Shown here piece after piece: positions 10,052 through 19,976 of a stretch of DNA of 32,000 bases. The DNA is from Caedibacter taeniospiralis (GTDB lineage Bacteria; Pseudomonadota; Gammaproteobacteria; Francisellales; Francisellaceae). The DNA lies in contig NZ_PGGB02000006.1 in the NCBI RefSeq assembly GCF_002803295.2, positions 196 to 32,195 of the forward strand. Direction: 5' to 3'. The position numbers and the translations under genes were made by a program. Within the stretch, counting starts at the first letter, position 1. Each line of letters begins with the position of its first letter. The notes under the pieces were generated by a model. It did not search any database and was not told the origin of the DNA. It saw only the letters and a list, made by a program, of their open reading frames with translations.

Positions 10052-10605
10052 TTAACGCATTTAACAACGTCGGACTTTTTTTGATTGAAATTATTTTCAG
10101 TCTATTTGCTTATGCGCTGCTACTGCGCTTTTTTTTACAATGGGTGAAGGCAGACTTTTATAATCCGTTTTGTCAGCTGATTATGCGCATTACAAACCCC
10201 TTGTTAAAGCCATTGCGACGCGTCATTCCTGGATTTTTTGGTTTGGATTTTGCGGCTTTAGTGTTGGCATATGCCGTCGTGCTGCTACAGATTATATTAG
10301 TGCAAATCCTGGGTGTAAAAAGCATGTATGTTCCTTGGGGAGTGATTTGGTTTATTTCTTTAATTAAACTTATTCTCAATATTATCTGGATGTATATTAT
10401 TTTGATCTTTATTCGATCCATCGCAAGCTGGTTTAGCCAAGGCTCATACAATCCCACCTTGATTGCATTAAACCAACTAACTGACCCTTTGCTGCGTAAA
10501 GCGCAAAAAATTATTCCGCCAACGCAAAGCGGGATTGATTTCTCACCGATGCTGGTGTTGATCGTGCTCATTTGTTTACAGATATTTATTTCATCAATTT
10601 TTTAA
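10048..10605 (+). CDS. yggT: YggT family membrane protein
   Basis: Two YGGT repeats (FYNPFCQLIMRITNPLLKPLRRVIP..GLDFAAL and the LTDPLLRKAQKIIPP..GIDFSPM repeat). It shows the conserved proC-yggT linkage with an ATGA start/stop overlap. Confidence 0.9.
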   Translation: MINAFNNVGLFLIEIIFSLFAYALLLRFFLQWVKADFYNPFCQLIMRITNPLLKPLRRVIPGFFGLDFAALVLAYAVVLLQIILVQILGVKSMYVPWGVIWFISLIKLILNIIWMYIILIFIRSIASWFSQGSYNPTLIALNQLTDPLLRKAQKIIPPTQSGIDFSPMLVLIVLICLQIFISSIF

Positions 10606-10654
10606 GGTTTAGGCAAATTTCCCGCTCTCTATTGTGTATTTAGGCTCTGAAGAA

Positions 10655-11149
10655 TCATTTTTTAGGTGAAATATTTTTCGCCCCCATGCTTATCACAATC
10701 AAAATTATAGCACCAATGCAAATGGCAGAGTCAGCGATATTAAACGCTGGCCAGTGATAATTATTGAGATGAAAATCCAGGAAGTCGATGACGTAGCCAT
10801 GAAGCATGCGGTCATATACATTACCCAGCGCGCCACCTAAAATAAGTGCCAAAGCACAGGCAGTCAGGTTCTTGTTTTTCGGTAGTTTAGTAAGCCAGAT
10901 TAAAATGACCACGGCGACAACGATGGCAATACCTGAGAGTAACACGACCTGCCATGTCGTATCAGCATTGCTTAAAAAGCTAAATGCCGCACCATAATTA
11001 TGCAAAAGGGTTAAATTAAAAAACGGCAATATTTCAACAGGTTTGGCATAGTTTAATGAGGCAGAGGCAAAATATTTGCTGCCAAGATCAATGATTATGA
11101 CAACGATACTCAAGAGCACCCACCGCAATTGATTATTATGCAAACTCAC
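10655..11149 (-). CDS. lspA: signal peptidase II (lipoprotein signal peptidase)
   Basis: [14 protein letters not shown] and FNIADS motifs of LspA. I place the start at GTG 11149, preceded by AGGAG with a 6-nt spacer, giving ~164 aa like E. coli LspA. The longer ORF to 11284 would overlap ileS by about 150 nt. Confidence 0.9.
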   Translation of the reverse strand: MSLHNNQLRWVLLSIVVIIIDLGSKYFASASLNYAKPVEILPFFNLTLLHNYGAAFSFLSNADTTWQVVLLSGIAIVVAVVILIWLTKLPKNKNLTACALALILGGALGNVYDRMLHGYVIDFLDFHLNNYHWPAFNIADSAICIGAIILIVISMGAKNISPKK

Positions 11150-13943
11150 GATGTTCTCCTTGTTCAGTGGTGATATTTTCAACGCAGCGCTCACAAATAT
11201 CAGGGTATTCACTATTTGAGCCAATATCTTCACGGCGGTGCCAGCAGCGTTCACATTTGGCGGCTTCGGATTTTTCAACCACAATGCTTAAGCCTTTGAT
11301 TTCAGTGTCTATAGCAGCCGTGGTTTTTTGTGACAGCGGACAAAGATTGACGTTTGAAACGATCAAAGCAAAGCGCAGTTCATCTTTGAGTTTGGCTAGT
11401 TGCGCATAAAGTTTCTCATCGGCAAATACGCTGACATTTGCCTCTAACGATGCTCCTAAAACACCTTCAGCGCGCCTAAGCTCAAGGAGTTTGTTGCACT
11501 CAGTGCGCACATCTTGAATCATTTGCCAGTAAGCAAGATTAAGGGGATTGGAGTCTCTCAATTGAGATAACCCTTGATACCACTCACAAGTTACAAATTG
11601 AGGTTTGTTGCCAGGAATGGCTGCATAAATTTCATCCGCGGTAAAGCAAAGAATCGGGGACATCCAGCGCACCAGCGCATGGATAATATGATACATTGCC
11701 GTTTGCGCAGATTTTCGTGCAAGACCATTAGCCTTGGCAGTATATTGACGATCTTTAATAACATCCAGATAAAAACTACCCATATCAATGGAGCAAAAAT
11801 GATGAATCTGTTGCGCAACAACGTGGAAATTATACTCATCATAGGCAGCGATAACTTTTTGTTGGACTTCATATGCGTTAGCAATTGCCCATTGATCCAG
11901 TGCCACTAATTGATCAAATGCCAGCGAATCTGTTTCTGGATCAAAGCCGTCAAGGTTTGCTAACAGAAAACGCGCGGTATTACGTAATCTCCTGTACGTA
12001 TCGGCATTACGTTTTAGAATCTCATCAGAAACCGTCATTTCGGTGCGATAGTCAGTCGCGGCTACCCACAATCTTAGAATATCCGCACCCAAAGTATTAA
12101 CGACATCTTGTGGAGAGACGACATTCCCTAAGGATTTAGACATTTTTTTGCCATGCGCATCAACCGTAAACCCATGGGTTAATACCTGCTTAAAAGGGGC
12201 TTGATCGCAACGCGCAAGACTCGTAAGCAGTGAAGTTTGAAACCAGCCACGATGCTGATCTGAGCCTTCTAAATATAAATCAGCGGGAAAGCGTAGATCT
12301 TTGTTATGCTCGAGTACACAGGCATTGGATGTGCCTGAGTCAAACCATACATCTAAGGTATCGGTAACGCGCTGATACTCAGGTGTTTCACTAATAAACT
12401 GACTATCATCAGCATCAAACCAGGCTTCAACTCCACCCTTTTCAATTGCAAGGGCCACTTTCTCGATAATAGCCTCGGTCTTAGGATGTAATTCCTCTGT
12501 TTCCTTATGGATAAACAATGGAATTGGCACCCCCCAGGTACGCTGACGCGAGATACACCAATCAGGGCGACCCTGCATCATCGCTTCAATGCGATTTTGC
12601 CCCCAGCTTGGCACCCATTTAACCTCTTTGATGGTTTCCTCGGCACGCGTACGCAAATGATTGTTTTCCATGCTGATAAACCACTGCGGTGTTGCACGAA
12701 AAATAAGAGGGGTTTTATGGCGCCAGCAGTGTGGATAACTATGTTCTAGTTTATGTAGATTAAGCAGGGCATTCTTTTCTTTAAGCACTTCAACGACGTG
12801 GTCATTTGCCTTAAAGACAAATTCACCTGCAAATAGTTCGGTATTATCGTGGTAGCAACCCTGATTGTTAACTGGGTTATCAATGGGTAAAGCATGCAAT
12901 TTACCTAGAGCAAAATCCTCAACCCCGTGCGCAGGTGCGGTGTGTACCAATCCCGTACCCGAGTCAACCGTCACATGATCACCATGCAACACTGGCACGA
13001 TGCGATTGTAAAATGGGTGATGCACTTGCAATTGTGTCAGCTCATCACCAGAAACGCTGGCAAGAATATGATATTCATCAATGTTCGCGCGCTTCATCAG
13101 GGCTTCCACTAGCTCGGTGGCAACAATAATATATTGATCCTTGTGAAAATTGACAACGGCATAGCTTATTTCGTTATGCACGGCAATCGCCTGGTTGGCA
13201 GGTAGTGTCCATGGTGTCGTTGTCCAGATAACTGCAGCAGTGTTATCAGATAAATGATCCAGACCAAAAGCTTCTGCCCATTTTTCAGGTTCGACAATGG
13301 GGAACTTGACATCAATCGCAGGGGAAACTTTATCTTTGTATTCTACTTCAGCCTCAGCCAATGCTGAGCCACACTCAGGGCACCAGTGCACTGGTTTGAA
13401 ACCCTTGGTTAAGTGTCCATTTTTAATAATGCTGCCAAGCGTTCTAACAATATTAGCTTCATAATCGAAGTTCATGGTTAAGTAAGGCTTATCCCAATCG
13501 CCCAGCACGCCTAGGCGTTTGAAGTCAACTGCTTGGCGTTCAACCTGCTTCTTAGCATAGTGACGACATTCTTTACGAAAGGCATTGGCATCAATTTTGA
13601 CCCCCGCTTTACCCACCTTTTTTTCCACTTGATGTTCGATTGGCAGACCATGACAATCCCAACCTGGCACATAGGGGGCATCAAACCCTGAAAGCGTTTT
13701 TGAGCGCACGACCATGTCTTTTAAAATCTTGTTGACCGCATGCCCTACGTGAATATCTCCATTGGCATAAGGAGGTCCATCATGCAGAATGAATTTTTCA
13801 CGTCCTGAGAAATGCTGACGAATTTTTTGATAAACCCCTTCATCTTCCCACTGTTTTAAGCGTAGTGGTTCCCTTTGCGCTAAATTTGCCTTCATTGCGA
13901 AGGATGTTTTAGGCAAGTTTAAAGTGCTTTTATAGTCTGCCAT
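11136..13943 (-). CDS. ileS: isoleucine--tRNA ligase
   Basis: HIGH ([11 protein letters not shown]) and KMSKS motifs plus the C-terminal Zn-finger Cys pairs (CERCWHR...CERC). It is colinear with E. coli IleS and sits in the classic ribF-ileS-lspA order. Confidence 0.96.
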   Translation of the reverse strand: MADYKSTLNLPKTSFAMKANLAQREPLRLKQWEDEGVYQKIRQHFSGREKFILHDGPPYANGDIHVGHAVNKILKDMVVRSKTLSGFDAPYVPGWDCHGLPIEHQVEKKVGKAGVKIDANAFRKECRHYAKKQVERQAVDFKRLGVLGDWDKPYLTMNFDYEANIVRTLGSIIKNGHLTKGFKPVHWCPECGSALAEAEVEYKDKVSPAIDVKFPIVEPEKWAEAFGLDHLSDNTAAVIWTTTPWTLPANQAIAVHNEISYAVVNFHKDQYIIVATELVEALMKRANIDEYHILASVSGDELTQLQVHHPFYNRIVPVLHGDHVTVDSGTGLVHTAPAHGVEDFALGKLHALPIDNPVNNQGCYHDNTELFAGEFVFKANDHVVEVLKEKNALLNLHKLEHSYPHCWRHKTPLIFRATPQWFISMENNHLRTRAEETIKEVKWVPSWGQNRIEAMMQGRPDWCISRQRTWGVPIPLFIHKETEELHPKTEAIIEKVALAIEKGGVEAWFDADDSQFISETPEYQRVTDTLDVWFDSGTSNACVLEHNKDLRFPADLYLEGSDQHRGWFQTSLLTSLARCDQAPFKQVLTHGFTVDAHGKKMSKSLGNVVSPQDVVNTLGADILRLWVAATDYRTEMTVSDEILKRNADTYRRLRNTARFLLANLDGFDPETDSLAFDQLVALDQWAIANAYEVQQKVIAAYDEYNFHVVAQQIHHFCSIDMGSFYLDVIKDRQYTAKANGLARKSAQTAMYHIIHALVRWMSPILCFTADEIYAAIPGNKPQFVTCEWYQGLSQLRDSNPLNLAYWQMIQDVRTECNKLLELRRAEGVLGASLEANVSVFADEKLYAQLAKLKDELRFALIVSNVNLCPLSQKTTAAIDTEIKGLSIVVEKSEAAKCERCWHRREDIGSNSEYPDICERCVENITTEQGEHREFA

Positions 13944-13945
13944 AT

Positions 13946-14899
13946 CTAAACCTTTTCATTGATTGCTAACCTGTGTTGTTCCAGCCAGTCAAGTGCGACC
14001 TGTTTGTCTTTCACAATCTGCTCTTTTAGTGCATCCAAGCTTGAAAACTTCTGTTCACTGCGTACAAAATGCAAGAACTCAATCGTAACATATTGCCCAT
14101 ATAAGTCATGCGCAAAACTGAAAATATGTATTTCTAAGAGCCTTATTTTGCCGCATACGGTGGGACGCACGCCAATATTGGCAACGCCACGATAAACTTT
14201 GTCTTTAATATGGACGTTGACAACATAAACCCCTGACGCAGCAACCTGTGTTGGCATCGGGATGTTGATGGTTGGAAAGCCAATTTTACGACCATTTTGA
14301 TCACCGTGATGAACGCGCCCACTTAAGGTATACGCTCGACCAAGAAACGCTTTGACTTCGTTAAATTTTCCTCTGCCAATTAATTCACGAATATAGCTGC
14401 TACTAATGCGCGTTCCCAAAAGCGTGTAAGAAGGCAAACTCTCAACACTGAACCCATGTTGCTTACCCAGTGCCTGCAAAAGCGTAAAATCACCCTCACG
14501 CTTATAACCAAAGCGAAAATCATCACCAATAATAACATGGATTGCATTAAGCCCATCAACAAGGATTTGTTTAACAAAGGCTTCTGGGCTTAAGCTCGCT
14601 AGTTTTTGATTGAACTGAAGGCATAAAACCTGGTCGACATCGAGTATCTTAAGCGCCTGGATTTTATCGCGAAAGGGTGTGATACGCAGGGGTGCTTGAT
14701 CTTTTAAAAAAAACTCTTTGGGTTGCGGCTCAAAGCACACGACACAGGTTCGCGCTCTTTGCGTCTGTGCTAATCGCTGCATATGATGGATAATCTGGCG
14801 ATGTCCCAGGTGCATGCCATCAAAATTTCCAATGGTGACGATGCTTGGGGTGTTGTGATGTTTAATATGGTTTAAATCTGCAAGTCGTAACAGTTGCAT
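13946..14899 (-). CDS. ribF: bifunctional riboflavin kinase / FAD synthetase
   Basis: N-terminal FMN adenylyltransferase ([10 protein letters not shown]) and C-terminal riboflavin kinase (GFPTINI, ...EIHIF.F..DLYG) motifs. Its stop lies 2 nt from the ileS start. Confidence 0.93.
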   Translation of the reverse strand: MQLLRLADLNHIKHHNTPSIVTIGNFDGMHLGHRQIIHHMQRLAQTQRARTCVVCFEPQPKEFFLKDQAPLRITPFRDKIQALKILDVDQVLCLQFNQKLASLSPEAFVKQILVDGLNAIHVIIGDDFRFGYKREGDFTLLQALGKQHGFSVESLPSYTLLGTRISSSYIRELIGRGKFNEVKAFLGRAYTLSGRVHHGDQNGRKIGFPTINIPMPTQVAASGVYVVNVHIKDKVYRGVANIGVRPTVCGKIRLLEIHIFSFAHDLYGQYVTIEFLHFVRSEQKFSSLDALKEQIVKDKQVALDWLEQHRLAINEKV

Positions 14900-15060
14900 G
14901 TGTGTGGTATGCCTGCTTATTACCCCTAATATTTTTTGGGGGGTGATTGAAACTGCTGGGCATTATATCAGTTAAGAATGATTTTGCAGTACTTATTCAC
15001 TACACACATCCAGGATGCTGTATAATCTAGCGGGCTTGATTTTCTAAGAGGTTTAACGAT

Positions 15061-15795
15061 ATGTATTTTGCAAAATATGATCAAATGAAAGAAAAGCTTG
15101 ATAGCTATCGACCTTTATCTTATGAATTGCTCCATAATTTGCATGAAAATTTGATTTTAGACTGGACGTATCACTCTAATGCTATTGAGGGCAATACGCT
15201 AACGCTAAAAGAGACGAGAATTGCTCTTGAAGGTATTACGGTTGGTGGCAAAACCTTGAGAGAGCATTTTGAAGCAATAAATCATAAAGATGCCATTTTA
15301 TATGTTGAAGGCTTGGTGTCTCAAGTTGAACCCATTACCGAATGGGTGATTAAATCGATACATCAATTGATATTAAAAAACATCGATGATAGTAATGCAG
15401 GAAAATATCGCACAATCAATGTCAAAATTATGGGCGCTAAACACATTCCCCCTGAGTACATTCATTTGCCACAATTAATGCAAGAGTTAATTGCAAGCCA
15501 TGAATCATGGTGTAGTTTGCATCCTATAGAAAGAGCAGCAAGATTGCATGGTGAGTTTGTTAAAATTCATCCCTTTGTAGATGGTAATGGAAGAACGAGC
15601 AGGCTTTTGATGAATCTGGTTTTGATGCAAAACGGTTATCCTGCGGTTGTGCTGCCTGTTGAGAAAAGACTGGAATATTATCATGCGCTGGATAAAGCAC
15701 ATATGACAAATGATTATGATGATTTTATTGACTTGTTGTGCGCCATTGTGGAGGAGTCCTTTAAAACCTACTGGTTTGCTTTAGGCGTGAAATAG
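15061..15795 (+). CDS. Fic family protein, class II (intramolecular inhibitory helix)
   Basis: Canonical Fic motif HPFVDGNGRTSR (HxFx[DE]GNGRxxR). The N-terminal inhibitory motif [ST]xxxE[GN] is present as SNAIEG. AAGAGG lies about 9 nt upstream of the ATG and a perfect TATAAT at 15021-15026. Confidence 0.9.
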   Translation: MYFAKYDQMKEKLDSYRPLSYELLHNLHENLILDWTYHSNAIEGNTLTLKETRIALEGITVGGKTLREHFEAINHKDAILYVEGLVSQVEPITEWVIKSIHQLILKNIDDSNAGKYRTINVKIMGAKHIPPEYIHLPQLMQELIASHESWCSLHPIERAARLHGEFVKIHPFVDGNGRTSRLLMNLVLMQNGYPAVVLPVEKRLEYYHALDKAHMTNDYDDFIDLLCAIVEESFKTYWFALGVK

Positions 15796-15812
15796 TGGCG
15801 CGTAACACCGAG

Positions 15813-16040
15813 CTATGCTTCTACTGCAATGCAAATAAGCACTTCGTCGGATTGAATAGAAGCCAGTGGTTCTTTGACATATTTGACCTTGCCAGAGATA
15901 AGCTGGCAACGGCAAGTACCACAAACCCCATTGCGACACTGAAAGTTTGCGGCAATGCCTTCATTTTCCAAGGCTTCTAATATTGTTAAATCTGTATCCT
16001 CAACCTGAATGATTTGGTCATTAAGGTAAATGGCAAGCAT
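15813..16040 (-). CDS. yfaE: 2Fe-2S ferredoxin, YfaE-like (RNR diferric-tyrosyl radical maintenance)
   Basis: Cys pattern C..G.CG.C...C (FQCRNGVCGTCRCQL), ~75 aa, located downstream of nrdAB as in E. coli. The start is set to MLAIYLND (16040) with GGAGA upstream. The longer ORF to 16106 runs into a repeat. Confidence 0.8.
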   Translation of the reverse strand: MLAIYLNDQIIQVEDTDLTILEALENEGIAANFQCRNGVCGTCRCQLISGKVKYVKEPLASIQSDEVLICIAVEA

Positions 16041-16074
16041 TGTTAGTGATCTCCAACTTATTAACGCACTTGGT

Positions 16075-16159
16075 GTAGGGTGGATAAACGAAAGCGCGTC
16101 CACCAATACTCAACCTGTTTGTTTTTCCGCGTGGATGCGCTTTCGCTTATCCACCCTAC
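16075..16159. repeat. pair of inverted REP-like palindromic units (BIME-like)
   Basis: 16075-16104 reads GTAGGGTGGATAAACGAAAGCGCGTCCACC. The reverse complement of 16129-16159 reads GTAGGGTGGATAAGCGAAAGCGCATCCACGC. The two differ at 3 positions, and each unit is itself an imperfect hairpin with a GTAG head. Confidence 0.75.
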
Positions 16160-16210
16160 TACTTTCATAACAAAACAGAATCTTGGGGTTGACCATATTT
16201 CTTCCCACAA

Positions 16211-16269
16211 GGGCGTATTCAATACGCCCCTACGATTGTTTAAACGAAAAATGGGCTGAAATTCTGTCA
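16211..16269 (-). repeat. dispersed repeat, copy A (contains GTAG + GGGCGTATT/AATACGCCC hairpin)
   Basis: Its reverse complement aligns by hand to 20402-20458, with about 49 of 59 positions identical. It contains a 9-bp-arm palindrome next to GTAG. Confidence 0.7.
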
Positions 16270-16297
16270 AAGCCAGGATTTTTAAATTTGAGCTCCC

Positions 16298-17449
16298 CTA
16301 CAGCTCAAAACCACTAAAAGCATTGTCTGAAACGTTACTGTCAATTTGACCGACAAGATAGGAGCTGATTTCGGTTTCTTGTGGCGCGACCTGGACATTG
16401 TCTGAGTTAAGATAGTGATTAATCCAGGGAATGGGATTATTTTTGGGTGCATTAATATCATGGGTCTCAAGACCTACAGCCTGCATGCGCTCTTTGGCTA
16501 AATAGTCGATGTATTGGCAAAGGATCTGTTCATTAAGTCCCAGGATTGAACCATGAGCAAAGAGGTATTTCGCCCAGGCTTTTTCCTGCAATATGGTCTC
16601 TTTAAAAATGGCTTCTGCTTCAACTTGTGAATGGCAGGCGATTTCACTTAATTCTGTATCACCATCTTTACCCGACAAGATAATATTAATCATATGCTGG
16701 GTGCTGGTTAGGTGGATGGATTCATCACGGGCAATAAGCTTCATGATTTTGCCACAGCCTTCCAGTTTTTTTTGCTCAGAAAAAGCAAAGGTGCAGGCAA
16801 AACTGACATAAAAGCGAATAGCCTCAAGTGCATTTACGGCATGGAGTGCAAGATACAGTCCTTTTTTAACGGTTTGTTCACTTATCTCAATCGATTTTCC
16901 GTGAATGACGTAGTTCCCTACCCCTTGCGTTTGTAGAAGCTGCGTTTGCACAATCAGCTGATCATAATAGTAAGTAATATTCTGTGCACGTTTACGAATT
17001 TCGGTATTATCAACAATAGCATCAAAAACGGGAGTTGGATCATCCATCAACGATCTCACCATATGCGTATACGAACGGCTATGAATCGTCTCAAAAAAAC
17101 TCCAGGTTTCAATCCAGGTTTCAAGTTCAGGCAAAGACACCAAGGGTAGAAAAGCAATATTGGGACTTCGACCCTGGACCGAGTCCAGCAAAGTCTGGTA
17201 TTGCAGGTTGGATAAAAAAATATGACGTTCAATTTCGCTGAATTTTTGAAAATCAATACGATCTCGACTTAAATCTACTTCCTCTGGACGCCAAAAGAAA
17301 GACAACTGCTTTTCAATTAAGCGCTCAAAAATGGGATGTTTTTGCTGATCAAAGCGCGACACATTAACTGAGGCGCCAAAGAACATGGGTTCATAGAGTT
17401 GATGATTGGACTTCGTTTGAAAAGTTGAATAAGTATAATAGTTTGTCAT
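16298..17449 (-). CDS. nrdB: class Ia ribonucleotide reductase, beta subunit
   Basis: Colinear with E. coli NrdB, with iron/tyrosyl-radical site blocks ([28 protein letters not shown]). It lies 9 nt downstream of nrdA. Confidence 0.95.
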   Translation of the reverse strand: MTNYYTYSTFQTKSNHQLYEPMFFGASVNVSRFDQQKHPIFERLIEKQLSFFWRPEEVDLSRDRIDFQKFSEIERHIFLSNLQYQTLLDSVQGRSPNIAFLPLVSLPELETWIETWSFFETIHSRSYTHMVRSLMDDPTPVFDAIVDNTEIRKRAQNITYYYDQLIVQTQLLQTQGVGNYVIHGKSIEISEQTVKKGLYLALHAVNALEAIRFYVSFACTFAFSEQKKLEGCGKIMKLIARDESIHLTSTQHMINIILSGKDGDTELSEIACHSQVEAEAIFKETILQEKAWAKYLFAHGSILGLNEQILCQYIDYLAKERMQAVGLETHDINAPKNNPIPWINHYLNSDNVQVAPQETEISSYLVGQIDSNVSDNAFSGFEL

Positions 17450-17458
17450 GATAATACC

Positions 17459-19729
17459 TTAAATTTTACATGCGCCAGATTCGCATTCATCAGCTTCCAT
17501 GGCGTGAGATGCTTTTTGTTCAGAATGGTCGCGTGTATTGTGATAATAAAGGGTTTTTAAGCCATATTTATAAGCGATAAGAAGATCAGCCATCAAGGTT
17601 TGCATCGGAACCTTTTGCTCGCTAAAACGCACAGGATCATAGTTGGTGTTCGCTGAGATGGATTGATCGATGAATTTTTGGATAATCGCACAAATTTCTA
17701 AGTAACCACGATTATCGGGCATTTGCCATAAAAGCTCATACTGATTGCCTAAGCGCGTAATTTCAGGAACGACTTGCTTTAATACCCCATCTTTACTTTG
17801 TTTGATAGACACCAGTCCGCGGGGTGGCTCAATCCCATTGGTTGCATTAGCAATTTGCGAGGAGGTTTCAGAGGGCATAATGGCACTTAAAGTTGAGTTT
17901 CTAAGACCATATTGTTGAATATCCTTGCGTAGAGTTTCCCAGTCATGTTGCAAAGGGAAATGGGCAAATTCATCGATATTCTTCTTATAGTGATCAATCG
18001 GTAACAGACCTTGTGCGTAATTAGTCTCATGAAAATATGCACAAGCTGATTTCTCTTTGGCAAGGCGATTGGACGCGTTTAATAAATAATACTGAATTGC
18101 TTCAAAGGTCTGGTGTGTGAGTTTATTGGCGCTGCCATCACTGTATCTGACCTTGTTTTTTGCCAAATAGTAAGCGAAGTTAATGACACCAACGCCGAGA
18201 CTACGTCTGGCTTTAGCAGGGATTTCAGCCGCTTTTAGTGGATAGTTCTGATAATCCAACAAGTGATCAAGTGCGCTCACAATTAAAAACGTAAGATGCT
18301 TAAGCTCATCCAAAGAATCAATCGCCCCAAGATTAAAAGCCGAAAGCGTACACAAGGCAATCTCGCCTTCTTCATCAAAAATATGCTGAAGTGGCTTGGT
18401 GGGAAGTGTTATTTCCATGCACAGATTAGACTGCTTAATGGGGGCAAGTTTTGGGTTAAACGCGGAGTGGGTGTTACAATGGTCAACGTTTTGAATATAG
18501 ATTCGCCCCGTTTGCGCACGCTCTTGCATAAGTAAAGAAAAAAGCTCAGTCGCTTTAATCTTCTTCTTGCGAATCCGCGGATTGGCTTCACCAGCAATAT
18601 AAAGTCTTTCAAATTCCGCTTGATCAGCAAAAAACGCATCGTAAAGTCCAGGAACATCAGAAGGACTAAACAATGTGATCTCTTTTTGTTCAATCAAGCG
18701 CTGATACATCAGTTTATTGATTTGGACGCCATAATCCAAATGGCGGATACGATTGTCCTCAACGCCACGATTATTCTTAAGCACCAAAAGGGACTCCACT
18801 TCCAAATGCCAAAGTGGATAAAAAAGTGTCGCCGCTCCTCCACGCACACCTCCTTGAGAGCAGGACTTAACAGCGGTTTGGAAATATTTATAAAATGGGA
18901 TGCAACCCGTGTGTAGAGCTTCTCCACCTCTGATTTCACTTCCCAACGCGCGGATTTTGCCTGCATTAATCCCAATGCCTGCGCGTTGTGAGACGTATTT
19001 GACAATGGCAGATGCCGAGGCATTAATCGAGTCCAGGCTATCATCGGTATCAATTAACACACATGAGCTAAATTGTCTGGTAGGAGTCCTGACCCCTGCC
19101 ATAATCGGGGTGGGCAGTGAAATTTTGAACTGACTAATAGCATCATAAAAATCAAGTACATATTGCAGGCGAGTTGATCTCTCATGCTTGCTAAAAAGGC
19201 AGGCACTCACCAGCATATAAAGCATCTGTGGTGTTTCATAAATTTGACCCGTGACACGATTTTGCACCAGATATTTGCCTTGCATTTGATTCACCGCGGC
19301 GTAAGTGAAGTTCATATCGCGCCAATGATCGATATGCTTATTCATTAAATCAAACTCTTCATGCGTATAATCTTCAAGTAACTTGGCATCATACTTGTTA
19401 AGCTCAACAAGCTTTTTAACCTGATCATATAAATGAGGGGACTCAAATTGACCATAAGCCAGTTTTCGCAAATGAAAAATCGCCAAACGTGCTGCCATAT
19501 ATTGATAATCTGGTGTTTCCTCAGAAATTAAATCAGCCGCGGTTTTAATAATAATGGCTTGAATGTCGGATGTTTTCATGCCCTCATATAGCTGAATGTG
19601 AGATTGAAGTTCAACTTGTGAAACCGAAACATTTTCTAAACCTTCAGCAGCCCAGGTGATCACGCGGTGAATTTTATCCAGGTTGACAGGCTCTAGCTTG
19701 CCTGATCTTTTCATGACATTAACGTGCAT
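17459..19729 (-). CDS. nrdA: class Ia ribonucleotide reductase, alpha subunit
   Basis: Very high by-eye identity to E. coli NrdA along its whole length (ATP-cone NLDKIHRV..WAAEGL, active-site SNLCMEI, C-terminal CESGACKI). Confidence 0.97.
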   Translation of the reverse strand: MHVNVMKRSGKLEPVNLDKIHRVITWAAEGLENVSVSQVELQSHIQLYEGMKTSDIQAIIIKTAADLISEETPDYQYMAARLAIFHLRKLAYGQFESPHLYDQVKKLVELNKYDAKLLEDYTHEEFDLMNKHIDHWRDMNFTYAAVNQMQGKYLVQNRVTGQIYETPQMLYMLVSACLFSKHERSTRLQYVLDFYDAISQFKISLPTPIMAGVRTPTRQFSSCVLIDTDDSLDSINASASAIVKYVSQRAGIGINAGKIRALGSEIRGGEALHTGCIPFYKYFQTAVKSCSQGGVRGGAATLFYPLWHLEVESLLVLKNNRGVEDNRIRHLDYGVQINKLMYQRLIEQKEITLFSPSDVPGLYDAFFADQAEFERLYIAGEANPRIRKKKIKATELFSLLMQERAQTGRIYIQNVDHCNTHSAFNPKLAPIKQSNLCMEITLPTKPLQHIFDEEGEIALCTLSAFNLGAIDSLDELKHLTFLIVSALDHLLDYQNYPLKAAEIPAKARRSLGVGVINFAYYLAKNKVRYSDGSANKLTHQTFEAIQYYLLNASNRLAKEKSACAYFHETNYAQGLLPIDHYKKNIDEFAHFPLQHDWETLRKDIQQYGLRNSTLSAIMPSETSSQIANATNGIEPPRGLVSIKQSKDGVLKQVVPEITRLGNQYELLWQMPDNRGYLEICAIIQKFIDQSISANTNYDPVRFSEQKVPMQTLMADLLIAYKYGLKTLYYHNTRDHSEQKASHAMEADECESGACKI

Positions 19730-19803
19730 TCTTTCGTTTTCCCTTTGGTAGGTGGTGAGTAAAACAAAAGCAGCGTGGAAAATTTAAGGCACAGCTTCAT
19801 TTA

Positions 19804-19976
19804 CTGGATCTATGCACTTTTGCTGGCTTTCCGAAAATTCCCCTTCGTTAGCGAAGGGGGGTGAAAAGCGCCCGAAAGAAGCAAACAGTTTTGCTTCTTT
19901 AGCTTTGAACGCCACAAGCTCTGCGCGTGAAGCAGACGGGGTAGTCTTTAAAGCCAGCAAAAGTGCATAGATCCAG
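19804..19976. repeat. 173-bp element bounded by perfect 27-bp inverted repeats (MITE-like or structured RNA)
   Basis: 19804-19830 (CTGGATCTATGCACTTTTGCTGGCTTT) is the exact reverse complement of 19950-19976. Internal hairpins are 19840-19847/19852-19859 (8 bp) and 19875-19885/19890-19900 (11 bp). Confidence 0.8.

Noticed and set aside
14921-14947. CCCC-loop-GGGG hairpin (ACCCCTAATATTTTTTGGGGGGT) in the ribF upstream region
   Set aside because: It is a short G/C clamp with an A/T loop. I recognise no known regulatory RNA motif for ribF, and nothing else supports it.
16061-16270. 69-aa minus-strand ORF, plus the N-terminal extension of the yfaE ORF to 16106
   Set aside because: Both are composed of REP-like units and repeat copy A. 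The YfaE homology begins only at the Met at 16040.
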